Assembly (NCBI GenBank): GCA_964606285.1
Contig: CAZSFP010000003.1
Location: forward strand, 84,967-148,966
Reading direction: 5' to 3'
From: an uncultured Candidatus Saccharibacteria bacterium
Lineage (GTDB): Bacteria; Patescibacteriota; Minisyncoccia; Phycocordibacterales; UBA9973
Length of the DNA: 64,000 bases
Below are positions 9,493 through 17,659 of this stretch, piece after piece. Below the pieces are notes generated by a model, which saw only the letters and a program-made list of their open reading frames with translations, was not told the origin of the DNA and made no database searches. Every line of letters begins with the position of its first letter. The first letter of the stretch is position 1. The position numbers and the translations under genes are program-made.

Positions 9493-10464
9493 TTATTTCG
9501 CCCATGAATTGTCTGAGCCGGGATTTTTTGCACCACGGACCTCAAAATGGAGATGGTTGCCGGTTGATCGTCCTGTTGAACCGACATACCCAATAATCTC
9601 TCCTTGTCTCACTGTTGATCCAGTAGTCGTTGCGACAGTGTTCATGTGTGCATAGAGTGTTTGGACGCCACCTGTGTGTGCAACAACGACATGTTTTCCA
9701 TAGCCGCCGCCATAGCCGCTCGCGACTACCTTGATAACTGTCCCATCAGCCGATGCCATAATCGGTGTTCCTTTTGGGGCAGCAATATCGATACCGTTGT
9801 ATCCATGAAGGTTTTGAGATTGCCGACCGCCGATGATTGGACGAATAAAGAATCCAGAAAGTGCCGGGCCCTTTGTTCCGAACAATCGTTCTTTCTTTGT
9901 TTTTACTGGTGCTTTTATTATTTTTGTTTCTTTTGGGGTGTTTATTTCAGCGCCGCGGATGATAATCGTTTCTCCTGCAATAAGCTCATTGTTTCCAGAA
10001 ATACCGTTAAAGAAGAGAATATCACCAACATTACTGTTCCATTGCTTCGCGATACCTTCAATAGTATCGCCCTTTTTGACGACATATGACACTCCACTCA
10101 TTGGAAGGATAACCAGTGTTGTTCCGGGTGTGAGCTTCGTGTCTTTTTTTAGGTCATTTGCCGAAAGAATAGTGTTAATCGAAATATTGAAAAGTGCAGC
10201 GACGCTCGCTGGTGTGTCTCCTGCTTTTACTACATAGAGACTGATGGTTTCGGTGCCGTCTTCAGATCCAAAATCAAAGCCACTATCGGCGGTGAGTGTA
10301 TTGTTTTCAATGATGACATCATCAAGTATGTCATCATCCGATTGGTTTCCTGATGCAGATAAAAGATCAATCGTTTGAGTGTTGACGATGTTTTCAGTAG
10401 TTTGGGCACTTGCTTGTTCGAACAATGAAAAACCGTGGACAGAAGATGGCATGAGCACCATCAA
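9493..10464 (-). CDS. M23 family metallopeptidase with two LysM domains
   Basis: Two LysM repeats (YVVKAGDTPASVAALFNISINTI; YVVKKGDTIEGIAKQWN) and M23 signature (HTGGVQTLYAHMN...GYVGSTGRSTGNHLHFEV). Start codon uncertain; see findings. Confidence 0.85.
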   Translation of the reverse strand: MMVLMPSSVHGFSLFEQASAQTTENIVNTQTIDLLSASGNQSDDDILDDVIIENNTLTADSGFDFGSEDGTETISLYVVKAGDTPASVAALFNISINTILSANDLKKDTKLTPGTTLVILPMSGVSYVVKKGDTIEGIAKQWNSNVGDILFFNGISGNNELIAGETIIIRGAEINTPKETKIIKAPVKTKKERLFGTKGPALSGFFIRPIIGGRQSQNLHGYNGIDIAAPKGTPIMASADGTVIKVVASGYGGGYGKHVVVAHTGGVQTLYAHMNTVATTTGSTVRQGEIIGYVGSTGRSTGNHLHFEVRGAKNPGSDNSWAK

Positions 10465-10499
10465 TCCAATGAAAAAGCGAACAACCGTACTCGTATGTA

Positions 10500-10745
10500 A
10501 CTGACGGAAAAACGGGGGGATTGTGCCGTCAGTATTGTGGGATAAGGGTAAAATACAATATATAGTGCGTTTTTGGCTGGAAAATCGTGTGTTCGTCCTG
10601 ATGCCGATGACCTCGGCGCCACAAAACGGCTGTTACGGTCAAACTGTCATGTCGGTCGTTCTGAAAGATGGGAAAGTCCCATACCTTTACAAGGGTATCG
10701 GGTCAGAGTCAGGTCGTCAACCATCATTTTTTACGGTAAAACACA
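10500..10745. other. GC-rich structured intergenic island (candidate ncRNA or leader)
   Basis: About 50% GC versus about 30% flanks; several hairpins (CTGACGG..CCGTCAG; GGGAAAGTCCC); sits upstream of the consensus promoter at 10767. Confidence 0.25.
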
Positions 10746-10766
10746 TTTTAGGATATGGCAAATACA

Positions 10767-10795
10767 TTGACTTTTATAAAAAAATACTATATAAT
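10767..10795 (+). promoter_or_regulatory. consensus sigma70 promoter
   Basis: TTGACT (10767-10772), 17-nt spacer, TATAAT (10790-10795); RBS AAAAGAGG at 10843 and ATG at 10856. Confidence 0.55.
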
Positions 10796-10855
10796 ATTTT
10801 ATTATCACCATTTACACCTTTTAATACAAGGCAAAAGAGGTACAATAATCTTTAT

Positions 10856-11818
10856 ATGGTTAAAACACTAACGAGTTTTGAGGAATTGGGCAACAGTATA
10901 GGAGGCATTGGCAACGGAAATGGTCTTGAAAACCCACAGATTGGTGGTGGAGGAAGTGGAAAAAAGTCCGCAAAAGAGAATATAGTTGCCAATCAGGAAA
11001 GTTTCCGGATAAAGAGAGCAAAGGAGATATGGGGCAAAATGAATCCAAAAGATAAACAAAAAATCTCTGCACAATTTGCCATGCTTTCTGGATCTGCAAA
11101 AAAAGAAGCAATCTATAATTGGATCGGAAATCAGATGGATGAAGCGGGGAGCTCTTTTTCTCATGAAAAAAGAGTACATCAGTCAGTAAATGATCTAATC
11201 GTTGAATTGGATGAAAAAACTCCAACACCGCGTTCGGCTGCTCTCAGAAAGTTGGGATACAGCCGTGCTGATCTCGAACCAAAAGAATATACAGCAGAGG
11301 TCATTGATCAGATTGTTGCCATGAAGATCAAAAAAGGCGATCCTATCCCGCTTCTTGAGGAAATAAAGAAAAAAAATGAGGAAAAAGAAAAGAGAAAACT
11401 TGAACCAAAACAAGAAAATAACCGAGTTAAAGAACTCAAAAATCTGGGATATACTCCTGAAAACAGTGAAGATATTTCAGAAGCTGATTTGAATTGGGCA
11501 CTCGCAACAGGTACGCCGTACGGAGTCTCTCTTCCATATCGGGTTTCCAATGCTCCTGCTGAGATTGCGGCAAAGATAGGAACCCGGGAACAGAATTTGA
11601 GAGAAAGTCGAGAGCTTTTTGAAAAAATGAAAACATTTGATGGTAGTCTCGAAGAAGCAAAAAAACTTATTGATGAACAATATGCTCTCTATCTTGAAAT
11701 CGAAGAACTTAACAAAGATATACATGATTGGAAAGTAGGCAAACAAAAGACACGGTATGAGAAGACCCACAAAGTCGCCGAACCACCAATAAATTTACCA
11801 GCAGAAGAACAAAAATAA
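10856..11818 (+). CDS. KE-rich repeat protein (320 aa), paralogous to N-terminus of the downstream giant protein
   Basis: Start set at RBS-preceded ATG 10856, not the ORF-track start 10523. Shares modules (LGYSRADLEPKEY...KIKKGDPIP; LKNLGYTPENSEDI) with the 11823..17066 protein. Confidence 0.6.
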   Translation: MVKTLTSFEELGNSIGGIGNGNGLENPQIGGGGSGKKSAKENIVANQESFRIKRAKEIWGKMNPKDKQKISAQFAMLSGSAKKEAIYNWIGNQMDEAGSSFSHEKRVHQSVNDLIVELDEKTPTPRSAALRKLGYSRADLEPKEYTAEVIDQIVAMKIKKGDPIPLLEEIKKKNEEKEKRKLEPKQENNRVKELKNLGYTPENSEDISEADLNWALATGTPYGVSLPYRVSNAPAEIAAKIGTREQNLRESRELFEKMKTFDGSLEEAKKLIDEQYALYLEIEELNKDIHDWKVGKQKTRYEKTHKVAEPPINLPAEEQK

Positions 11819-11822
11819 TTTT

Positions 11823-14800
11823 ATGCCAAAAGAACAACCACCAAAAGCACCAAAAGTTAGCGATATGGAAAAAGCAGAACTCGAACAGGAGCTGAAAACC
11901 ATTGAGAAAGCTATAAAATTTGCAAAGACCCGTGAAATTCTTGAGAAATGTTTGATTAAAGCAAAAGGGAAATCTTTTGAATCACAGGTCAAGAAGGCAG
12001 TTGCTGTGCAGTATGATGCACTGGTGGCAAGACTGAATATCAAAGACAATAAAAAAGACATCAAGAAATTCAAGGAATCGTATGGTGTTGATGAAAAATC
12101 TCTCGCGGCTCTTTCAGATGAACCAATAACACCATCTGCCTCTCCAGAACCAGTGGCAATTGTTGCTGCTACTGTGGAAAATAAATCTCCTGAACAAAAA
12201 ATTGCAGACGAATTAGCAGAGCGCGGTTTTTCAAAAAAATCTCTTGGTCCGATTGTCAAAAAGTATGGACCAGGTACTGAGAAGAAATTGCACGCATCGG
12301 GCAAGACGTACGAAGAATACAAAAACTTAAAACCCGCAGAAAAGAAAGAAATTTTTGAAACAGTTGCTGGATCTTCTGATCCCAAAGAAAAAAATGTCCC
12401 GATTGTTGACCCTGAGTTAAAAAATACCGACGTTGAAATACAAAAGCTCGTACTACGGTATCATTATTTAAATGACATGCTGTTCGGTAAAGACAGTACA
12501 AACCTTTCTCCTGTCGTAAAAGCGGCACTGCAAAAAGAATGGGATGAATTTAATTTTGCGCACACTGACATCGTAAAAGCTGAAAATGCACGGTATGGCG
12601 TATCTCCAGATGGATTCCGTATGAATAGTGAAAAGAACTGGCAGGAACTCAAAGAACTTGGGTATACCGCACAAGATGCGATCAAGTGGACAAAATACGA
12701 ATATGAGACAATTTTAAATAACAAAATCAAAAAAGGTGAACCTATTCCTGTACCAGTTGCTCCAAAAGTAAAAGCAGTAGAGCCGGCAGGAAAAATCTTG
12801 TCACCTGAACAAGCAAAGGCGCAGCTCGATCTCAAAGATCGTGGTTTTCCATATGAATATGTCAAAAGTCTCCCAGAGGACAGTCAAAAGAATCTCGCGG
12901 CGTCTAATTTTGTATATCAAACATTTCAAAAACTCAGTCCTAGTGAACAATCTGAGGTATTTCGTGGTGAAAAGAAATTTGAAACGATAAGTACTGCAGA
13001 GGCACTTGCGAATATCAATAAAAACTACGAAGTCACTGATGGTGATTTGGATAGAATATTGTCTAATCTTGATTATGACAATAAAACCTTGAAGGGTATG
13101 AATAGGGAAGAAAAAATGAGTGCCGCAGAAGCAATTCTTGAAGGTGGATTGACCATGCTTGGATATACCAAAGAAGAAATAGACGCTATGCAGCTTCGTC
13201 GTAAAGCGGTGATTGTGAGAATGGGAACAAAAAAAGAAGAAAAAAAGGTGGTTGTGGAACCAGCGGTTAAAACTCCTGTAGTAGTAGAAAATGTTTCAAC
13301 AGAAAAAGCGCTCAAAGATCTCAAAAAACGTGGTTTTGATCCCAAGAAACTTGCAAAGATGCCCGCTGATAGACTACAAAAACTTCATGCATGGGGCGGT
13401 TCTATAAAAGAATTTGGGCCTATGTCTTCTGATGAGGTCAATGAAAAGATTTTTAATTTGCCGCTTGAAGCTATTGTCTCAGTTGCGGCAGTTCAGCCAA
13501 AAATAGAAAAAACAGAACGGAAAAAATTTACCGAAGAAGGTGACGTTAATTTTGTTACACAAAAATTGTTTGGATACGATGAAGAAAGAATAAAAAGAAT
13601 GCCGCTTGAGCAAAAAAAGAACGATATCAAAATGGTGCTTGAATCAAGTCTTCTCGTTCTCGGGTATACACCAGAAGAAATAGAAAAAATGAGTCTTTTG
13701 GGAAAATTTGTTGTTGTTGAAAATGGTATCAAGAGACTAGAAGATCGTGATTTACAAAAAAAGATTATACGGGAAAAAATTGAAGCATTAGATATTCCTG
13801 TAAAAACTCCCTTGTCTGCCATTATTGATCCTGCAAGTGCGGCAACTATGTCCGAAGCACAAAAACTCGACAATCTTGTCGCTCGCGGATTCAGTCACAG
13901 AAAACTTGCTGAAGACAAGTTTTTCACTTCTGAAAAAATAAATCAATTGTATCTTTGGGGTGGTACATATGATGCATACAAGAAAATGAGTGAAAAAGAA
14001 CAGAATGAAAATATTTTTGGTATACAACAAACACCAGTGAGTCCTGTCAAGCAACCAGATAATCTTCCTGAAAAGAAAATTGATGAAGCACTTCTTGCTC
14101 GTGGATTTGGTAATTGGTATATCGAAAGCATGTCTCCTGAAGACAAAGAAAAAATTCATGCATGGGGTGGCACAAAGGATGTCTATGAAAAAATGTCGCA
14201 AGCTGAGCGCATGGAAAAAGTATTTGGCGAACAAGCATCTCTAGCGCCAACAGGTCCGTCTCTGTCCGCTGCTGACAAAAAGATCTATGATGATCTATTA
14301 GCACTCGGTATTTCTAAAAGAAATCTCGATATGTTATCGCCAGTGGGGTTGAAAGAATTTAAAGAAAGTCTTGATCCTCTGTTTGCCAAAGGGTTTAGTG
14401 CAAAAGATATACAAGATTTGAATAATGAAACATGGATACCAAATGATTTCATGGAAAAACTTGAAGTGTGGGGTGGTACACGCGCTGAATTTTTTGCAAT
14501 GAGCCTCGATGAAAGAAAAGAAAAAGTCTTCGGTATAAAACCACCAGTTACTCCTTCTCCGACACAAAACCCACCAACTCCTGTCCAAGGACCAACAGTG
14601 CCACCAGTTATTCCACCACAAGGTCCGCGACCAAAAACTCCAGCAGAAATATTTGAAATGACATCATATGGTGCATCGTATCTCGATAAGGCGACTGGCA
14701 CAATCTACTTTGTTGAACATGCATCACAACAAAAAGACGGTTCTGTTCTTCTTGAATGCCGACTTTCAAACGGCGGCAAAGGTATGCTTCGCCAAGATAA

Positions 14801-17066
14801 ACTCCTTCATGGACTTGAAATCGGTGCATATGAACGCGTTGATCAGCAAAGATTCCTCGAAGAACAGGTCAATACGACCCGTACTATATATGCGACTGAA
14901 TACAAGGACAATCTCAACAGTAGTTGGTGGAAAAAAGGAGTTGTCCGACCTCTTGCGGGTCTTGGAGAATCGCTCGGTCTTTGGCGTCGTGATAACAAAG
15001 CGTTCTTGAGCAAAGAAGGCGAGAGTGCAAAAGAACGATATGATGCAGCAAAGCAAGAGCTTGCAAAATTTGCCGACAAACGTGTAAAAGAAAAAATCGT
15101 TGATCCTGCGCGAATCAAAAGAATTGAAGATGGTTTGAAACGTCGTGCGGCCGCGAAAGGTGAGAAGATCACTGACGAAGAATTGGCACAAGAAGTGAAC
15201 GCAATCCTTGCTCGGTATCGCCGCACGATTCTCGGTCACGGTATTGCGATCGCAGAAACACGAAAGGTCCACGAGACACAAAAGGGACTCTTCCGTTCAA
15301 CAACAGCTGAAACTATTGGCAAAGCAGTCAAATGGTATGGCGGACTTTCAAAGGCATCAAAATTCGGTATTCGTGCCGGCGTGTACACCCTTGCTGGAAT
15401 TTCCGGTATGGGAGCGGCAGCAGCGCTCGGATATGGTATTTATCGTGGTGCAAAAAGCGTAGCCATGTCTGGTCTTATTGCACAAGGGACACATCTTTAT
15501 CGCGCGACGATCGACAAAGCACTTGTTGGTCTATCAGATTCTTCGATCGCAAAAAAGAAACAAACACTTCAGAATTCTATAGAAAAAGGACAGATCAATA
15601 TTCTCGATTATGAGAAACAGATGTCGAACCTTGGTCTCAAGAAAAACAAACATGATGCAATGCGCCGAACAGCTCAAGTCGGTGTGGCATTCGCACTCGG
15701 CTGGGAATCATATAAAGTCCTCGATCAGATAGAAAATACTGATTGGACAACACCACCAACGCCTATTCCAGATGACACAGAAACTGTTCCACCTGCTCCT
15801 CTTCCTGAGCCACACCCATTTCATCTCGATCGTCCAACTGTTGAATTCTCAAGCAAGGGAGCAATTCGAACATTCCTCGAACTCAAAGAGAATTTGAAAG
15901 ATCAACTCGAAGACCAACACATCGCCCTCAATGATCCAAACTTGCCACCAAGTGTCAAAGAGATTTTGAACGGTGATCCGACAGAACTTGCGATCAAATA
16001 CGATTATTACAATCCAGCTGATACGAATGAAAGCGCACTCCTTACACTTCACGGCAAACTTGGTTTTGACGAAAACATGAACCTCGTGCATATGGAACCA
16101 AACGGCGAGAATACAATCCTTGCTGATGGACACACTGGTGCGCTTAAAGAAGATTTTGGTGGCAAATATATCGACAGTGATTATGGTAAGAACATCGAAA
16201 CAAAAATTGGTAGCCCTGAAGAAGAACTCGAAAAGATGAAACTTGAAGCTGAATCAGAAGGCGTTCCTATCAATACGAGTCCTGAAGAAGAACTCAAGAC
16301 ACTGACTGCTGACAAGCTCACTCCGGATGAAATCCTTGCAAAATCAATGGGGGTTGATCATGTTGATACTGTTGAGTTTGACGGCACTCACGCCAACGGT
16401 TCATTTATATTCAAGTATGATGCGGACAACAATATCACTGGAGGTGGTTTTGAAGGTGACTTCAAGCCGATGGATCTCACCACTTCTCCATATCTTCGTT
16501 CTGGTTGGCAGGAAATAGTCAAAGGTAACACCGAGCTTCCGTTTGGTGAAGCTGAAGAGAAGCTCAAAGAATCACTCAGTATACATGCGACACTCGAAGA
16601 CGCGCGTGCAAATCTTCCAAAAACACCCGATTATGATGATGAGCGTCACTACCTCGACGAACAGATAAAGAAAATTGATGAATCTATTAAAAAGGATTTT
16701 GGACCGATCATCAAAACAGATCTCTCTCAAGCACAGTATGAACAAGTAGCACGAGCACACGGAAGAACATTTATAACCGCTGATGCAGAAAATATATTTG
16801 GCAACAAAATGAAACAATGGGATGAACTCGCTCGCATGCCTGCAAATGTAGCAATGGAAAAAATATACGATGGAGACACTGATCTATACGACAGTTTCTC
16901 TGGCAAGCAAGTCGCATTTATCGAACAAGTTGCCCGACCTTTGATTCTCGAAGGAAATACACCACCACTTGGCTCTGAAGATTTTGCGACATACCTCGCA
17001 CGTCTCGAAGGACGGTCTGCTGAAGTCGCAAAAGTGATGGCTGATCAATATAATCTAAGAGCATAA
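11823..17066 (+). CDS. giant repeat protein (1747 aa) with novel ~50-aa repeats, central hydrophobic hairpin and Pro-rich linkers
   Basis: Single uninterrupted ORF. About 7 copies of an RGF/LGY...HAWGGT..Y.KMS..E..EK[IV]FG module. Pro-rich linkers (PPVTPSPTQNPPTPVQGPTVPPVIPPQGPRP; TPPTPIPDDTETVPPAPLPEP). Hydrophobic hairpin GIRAGVYTLAGISGMGAAAALGYGIY. No signal peptide. Confidence 0.7.
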   Translation: MPKEQPPKAPKVSDMEKAELEQELKTIEKAIKFAKTREILEKCLIKAKGKSFESQVKKAVAVQYDALVARLNIKDNKKDIKKFKESYGVDEKSLAALSDEPITPSASPEPVAIVAATVENKSPEQKIADELAERGFSKKSLGPIVKKYGPGTEKKLHASGKTYEEYKNLKPAEKKEIFETVAGSSDPKEKNVPIVDPELKNTDVEIQKLVLRYHYLNDMLFGKDSTNLSPVVKAALQKEWDEFNFAHTDIVKAENARYGVSPDGFRMNSEKNWQELKELGYTAQDAIKWTKYEYETILNNKIKKGEPIPVPVAPKVKAVEPAGKILSPEQAKAQLDLKDRGFPYEYVKSLPEDSQKNLAASNFVYQTFQKLSPSEQSEVFRGEKKFETISTAEALANINKNYEVTDGDLDRILSNLDYDNKTLKGMNREEKMSAAEAILEGGLTMLGYTKEEIDAMQLRRKAVIVRMGTKKEEKKVVVEPAVKTPVVVENVSTEKALKDLKKRGFDPKKLAKMPADRLQKLHAWGGSIKEFGPMSSDEVNEKIFNLPLEAIVSVAAVQPKIEKTERKKFTEEGDVNFVTQKLFGYDEERIKRMPLEQKKNDIKMVLESSLLVLGYTPEEIEKMSLLGKFVVVENGIKRLEDRDLQKKIIREKIEALDIPVKTPLSAIIDPASAATMSEAQKLDNLVARGFSHRKLAEDKFFTSEKINQLYLWGGTYDAYKKMSEKEQNENIFGIQQTPVSPVKQPDNLPEKKIDEALLARGFGNWYIESMSPEDKEKIHAWGGTKDVYEKMSQAERMEKVFGEQASLAPTGPSLSAADKKIYDDLLALGISKRNLDMLSPVGLKEFKESLDPLFAKGFSAKDIQDLNNETWIPNDFMEKLEVWGGTRAEFFAMSLDERKEKVFGIKPPVTPSPTQNPPTPVQGPTVPPVIPPQGPRPKTPAEIFEMTSYGASYLDKATGTIYFVEHASQQKDGSVLLECRLSNGGKGMLRQDKLLHGLEIGAYERVDQQRFLEEQVNTTRTIYATEYKDNLNSSWWKKGVVRPLAGLGESLGLWRRDNKAFLSKEGESAKERYDAAKQELAKFADKRVKEKIVDPARIKRIEDGLKRRAAAKGEKITDEELAQEVNAILARYRRTILGHGIAIAETRKVHETQKGLFRSTTAETIGKAVKWYGGLSKASKFGIRAGVYTLAGISGMGAAAALGYGIYRGAKSVAMSGLIAQGTHLYRATIDKALVGLSDSSIAKKKQTLQNSIEKGQINILDYEKQMSNLGLKKNKHDAMRRTAQVGVAFALGWESYKVLDQIENTDWTTPPTPIPDDTETVPPAPLPEPHPFHLDRPTVEFSSKGAIRTFLELKENLKDQLEDQHIALNDPNLPPSVKEILNGDPTELAIKYDYYNPADTNESALLTLHGKLGFDENMNLVHMEPNGENTILADGHTGALKEDFGGKYIDSDYGKNIETKIGSPEEELEKMKLEAESEGVPINTSPEEELKTLTADKLTPDEILAKSMGVDHVDTVEFDGTHANGSFIFKYDADNNITGGGFEGDFKPMDLTTSPYLRSGWQEIVKGNTELPFGEAEEKLKESLSIHATLEDARANLPKTPDYDDERHYLDEQIKKIDESIKKDFGPIIKTDLSQAQYEQVARAHGRTFITADAENIFGNKMKQWDELARMPANVAMEKIYDGDTDLYDSFSGKQVAFIEQVARPLILEGNTPPLGSEDFATYLARLEGRSAEVAKVMADQYNLRA

Positions 17067-17069
17067 TTT

Positions 17070-17399
17070 ATGGACACAATACAAAAAGCAATTATAGAAG
17101 CATTGGGACTCGTCGATTTACCTGCTGATGAGCAAGAAGAATTCCTCGAATCGATCGGTGCGGTCATCTACGAAGGAGTGCTCATGCGGGCAACAGAACG
17201 ATTGACGGATACAGAACGTGTTGAACTCGACATACTCGTCGATGACAACGCAAATCCTGAAAAACTTTTTACTTTTCTTGAGTCAAAGATTCGTAATCTC
17301 CCAGAAATTATCAAAGAAGAAGTTGCCAATTATAAAAAAGAAGTTGATCTTGTCACCAGTGCAATGAAGGAGAATGATAAAGAAGAGATAGAAAATTAA
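17070..17399 (+). CDS. small acidic protein (109 aa), translationally coupled to giant protein
   Basis: ATG 4 nt after the giant-protein stop; very acidic (D/E-rich), predicted helical; terminator follows. Confidence 0.55.
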   Translation: MDTIQKAIIEALGLVDLPADEQEEFLESIGAVIYEGVLMRATERLTDTERVELDILVDDNANPEKLFTFLESKIRNLPEIIKEEVANYKKEVDLVTSAMKENDKEEIEN

Positions 17400-17422
17400 A
17401 GTGGTAATTTAATAAACATAAA

Positions 17423-17452
17423 ACAAAACCCCGAATTCGGGGTTTTGTTTTG
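17423..17452 (+). terminator. intrinsic terminator
   Basis: AAAACCCCGAATTCGGGGTTTTGTTTT. Confidence 0.55.
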
Positions 17453-17472
17453 TATAAAATACTTTTTCTTTT

Positions 17473-17596
17473 ATCTGTCCATTTGAACTGTCGCATAATT
17501 TTCTGCTGAAAATTTGCTCCCCGCCCGAACGTACCGTTCGGTACGGGCGGGCTTCTCGGCTCGCCAGCCTACGAAAGACAGTTCAAATGGACAGAT
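17473..17596. repeat. 124-bp element bounded by perfect 20-bp inverted repeats with GC-rich hairpin core (MITE-like or structured RNA)
   Basis: ATCTGTCCATTTGAACTGTC (17473-17492) and its exact reverse complement (17577-17596); core CCCGCCCG-AAC-GTACC-GTTC-GGTAC-GGGCGGG at 17520-17551. Confidence 0.5.
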
Positions 17597-17659
17597 CAGT
17601 GCTCTTTGGATGCAATGCTAAATTCTATTCGTGTCGATTAACTAAGTTTGCTATAATCA

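Noticed and set aside
10523-10855. ORF-track start at 10523 giving a 431-aa protein (111-codon N-terminal extension)
   Set aside because: A textbook promoter (TTGACT-17-TATAAT, 10767-10795) and an AAAAGAGG RBS lie inside the extension and point to ATG 10856. The extension is a GC-rich structured region with no protein-like features.
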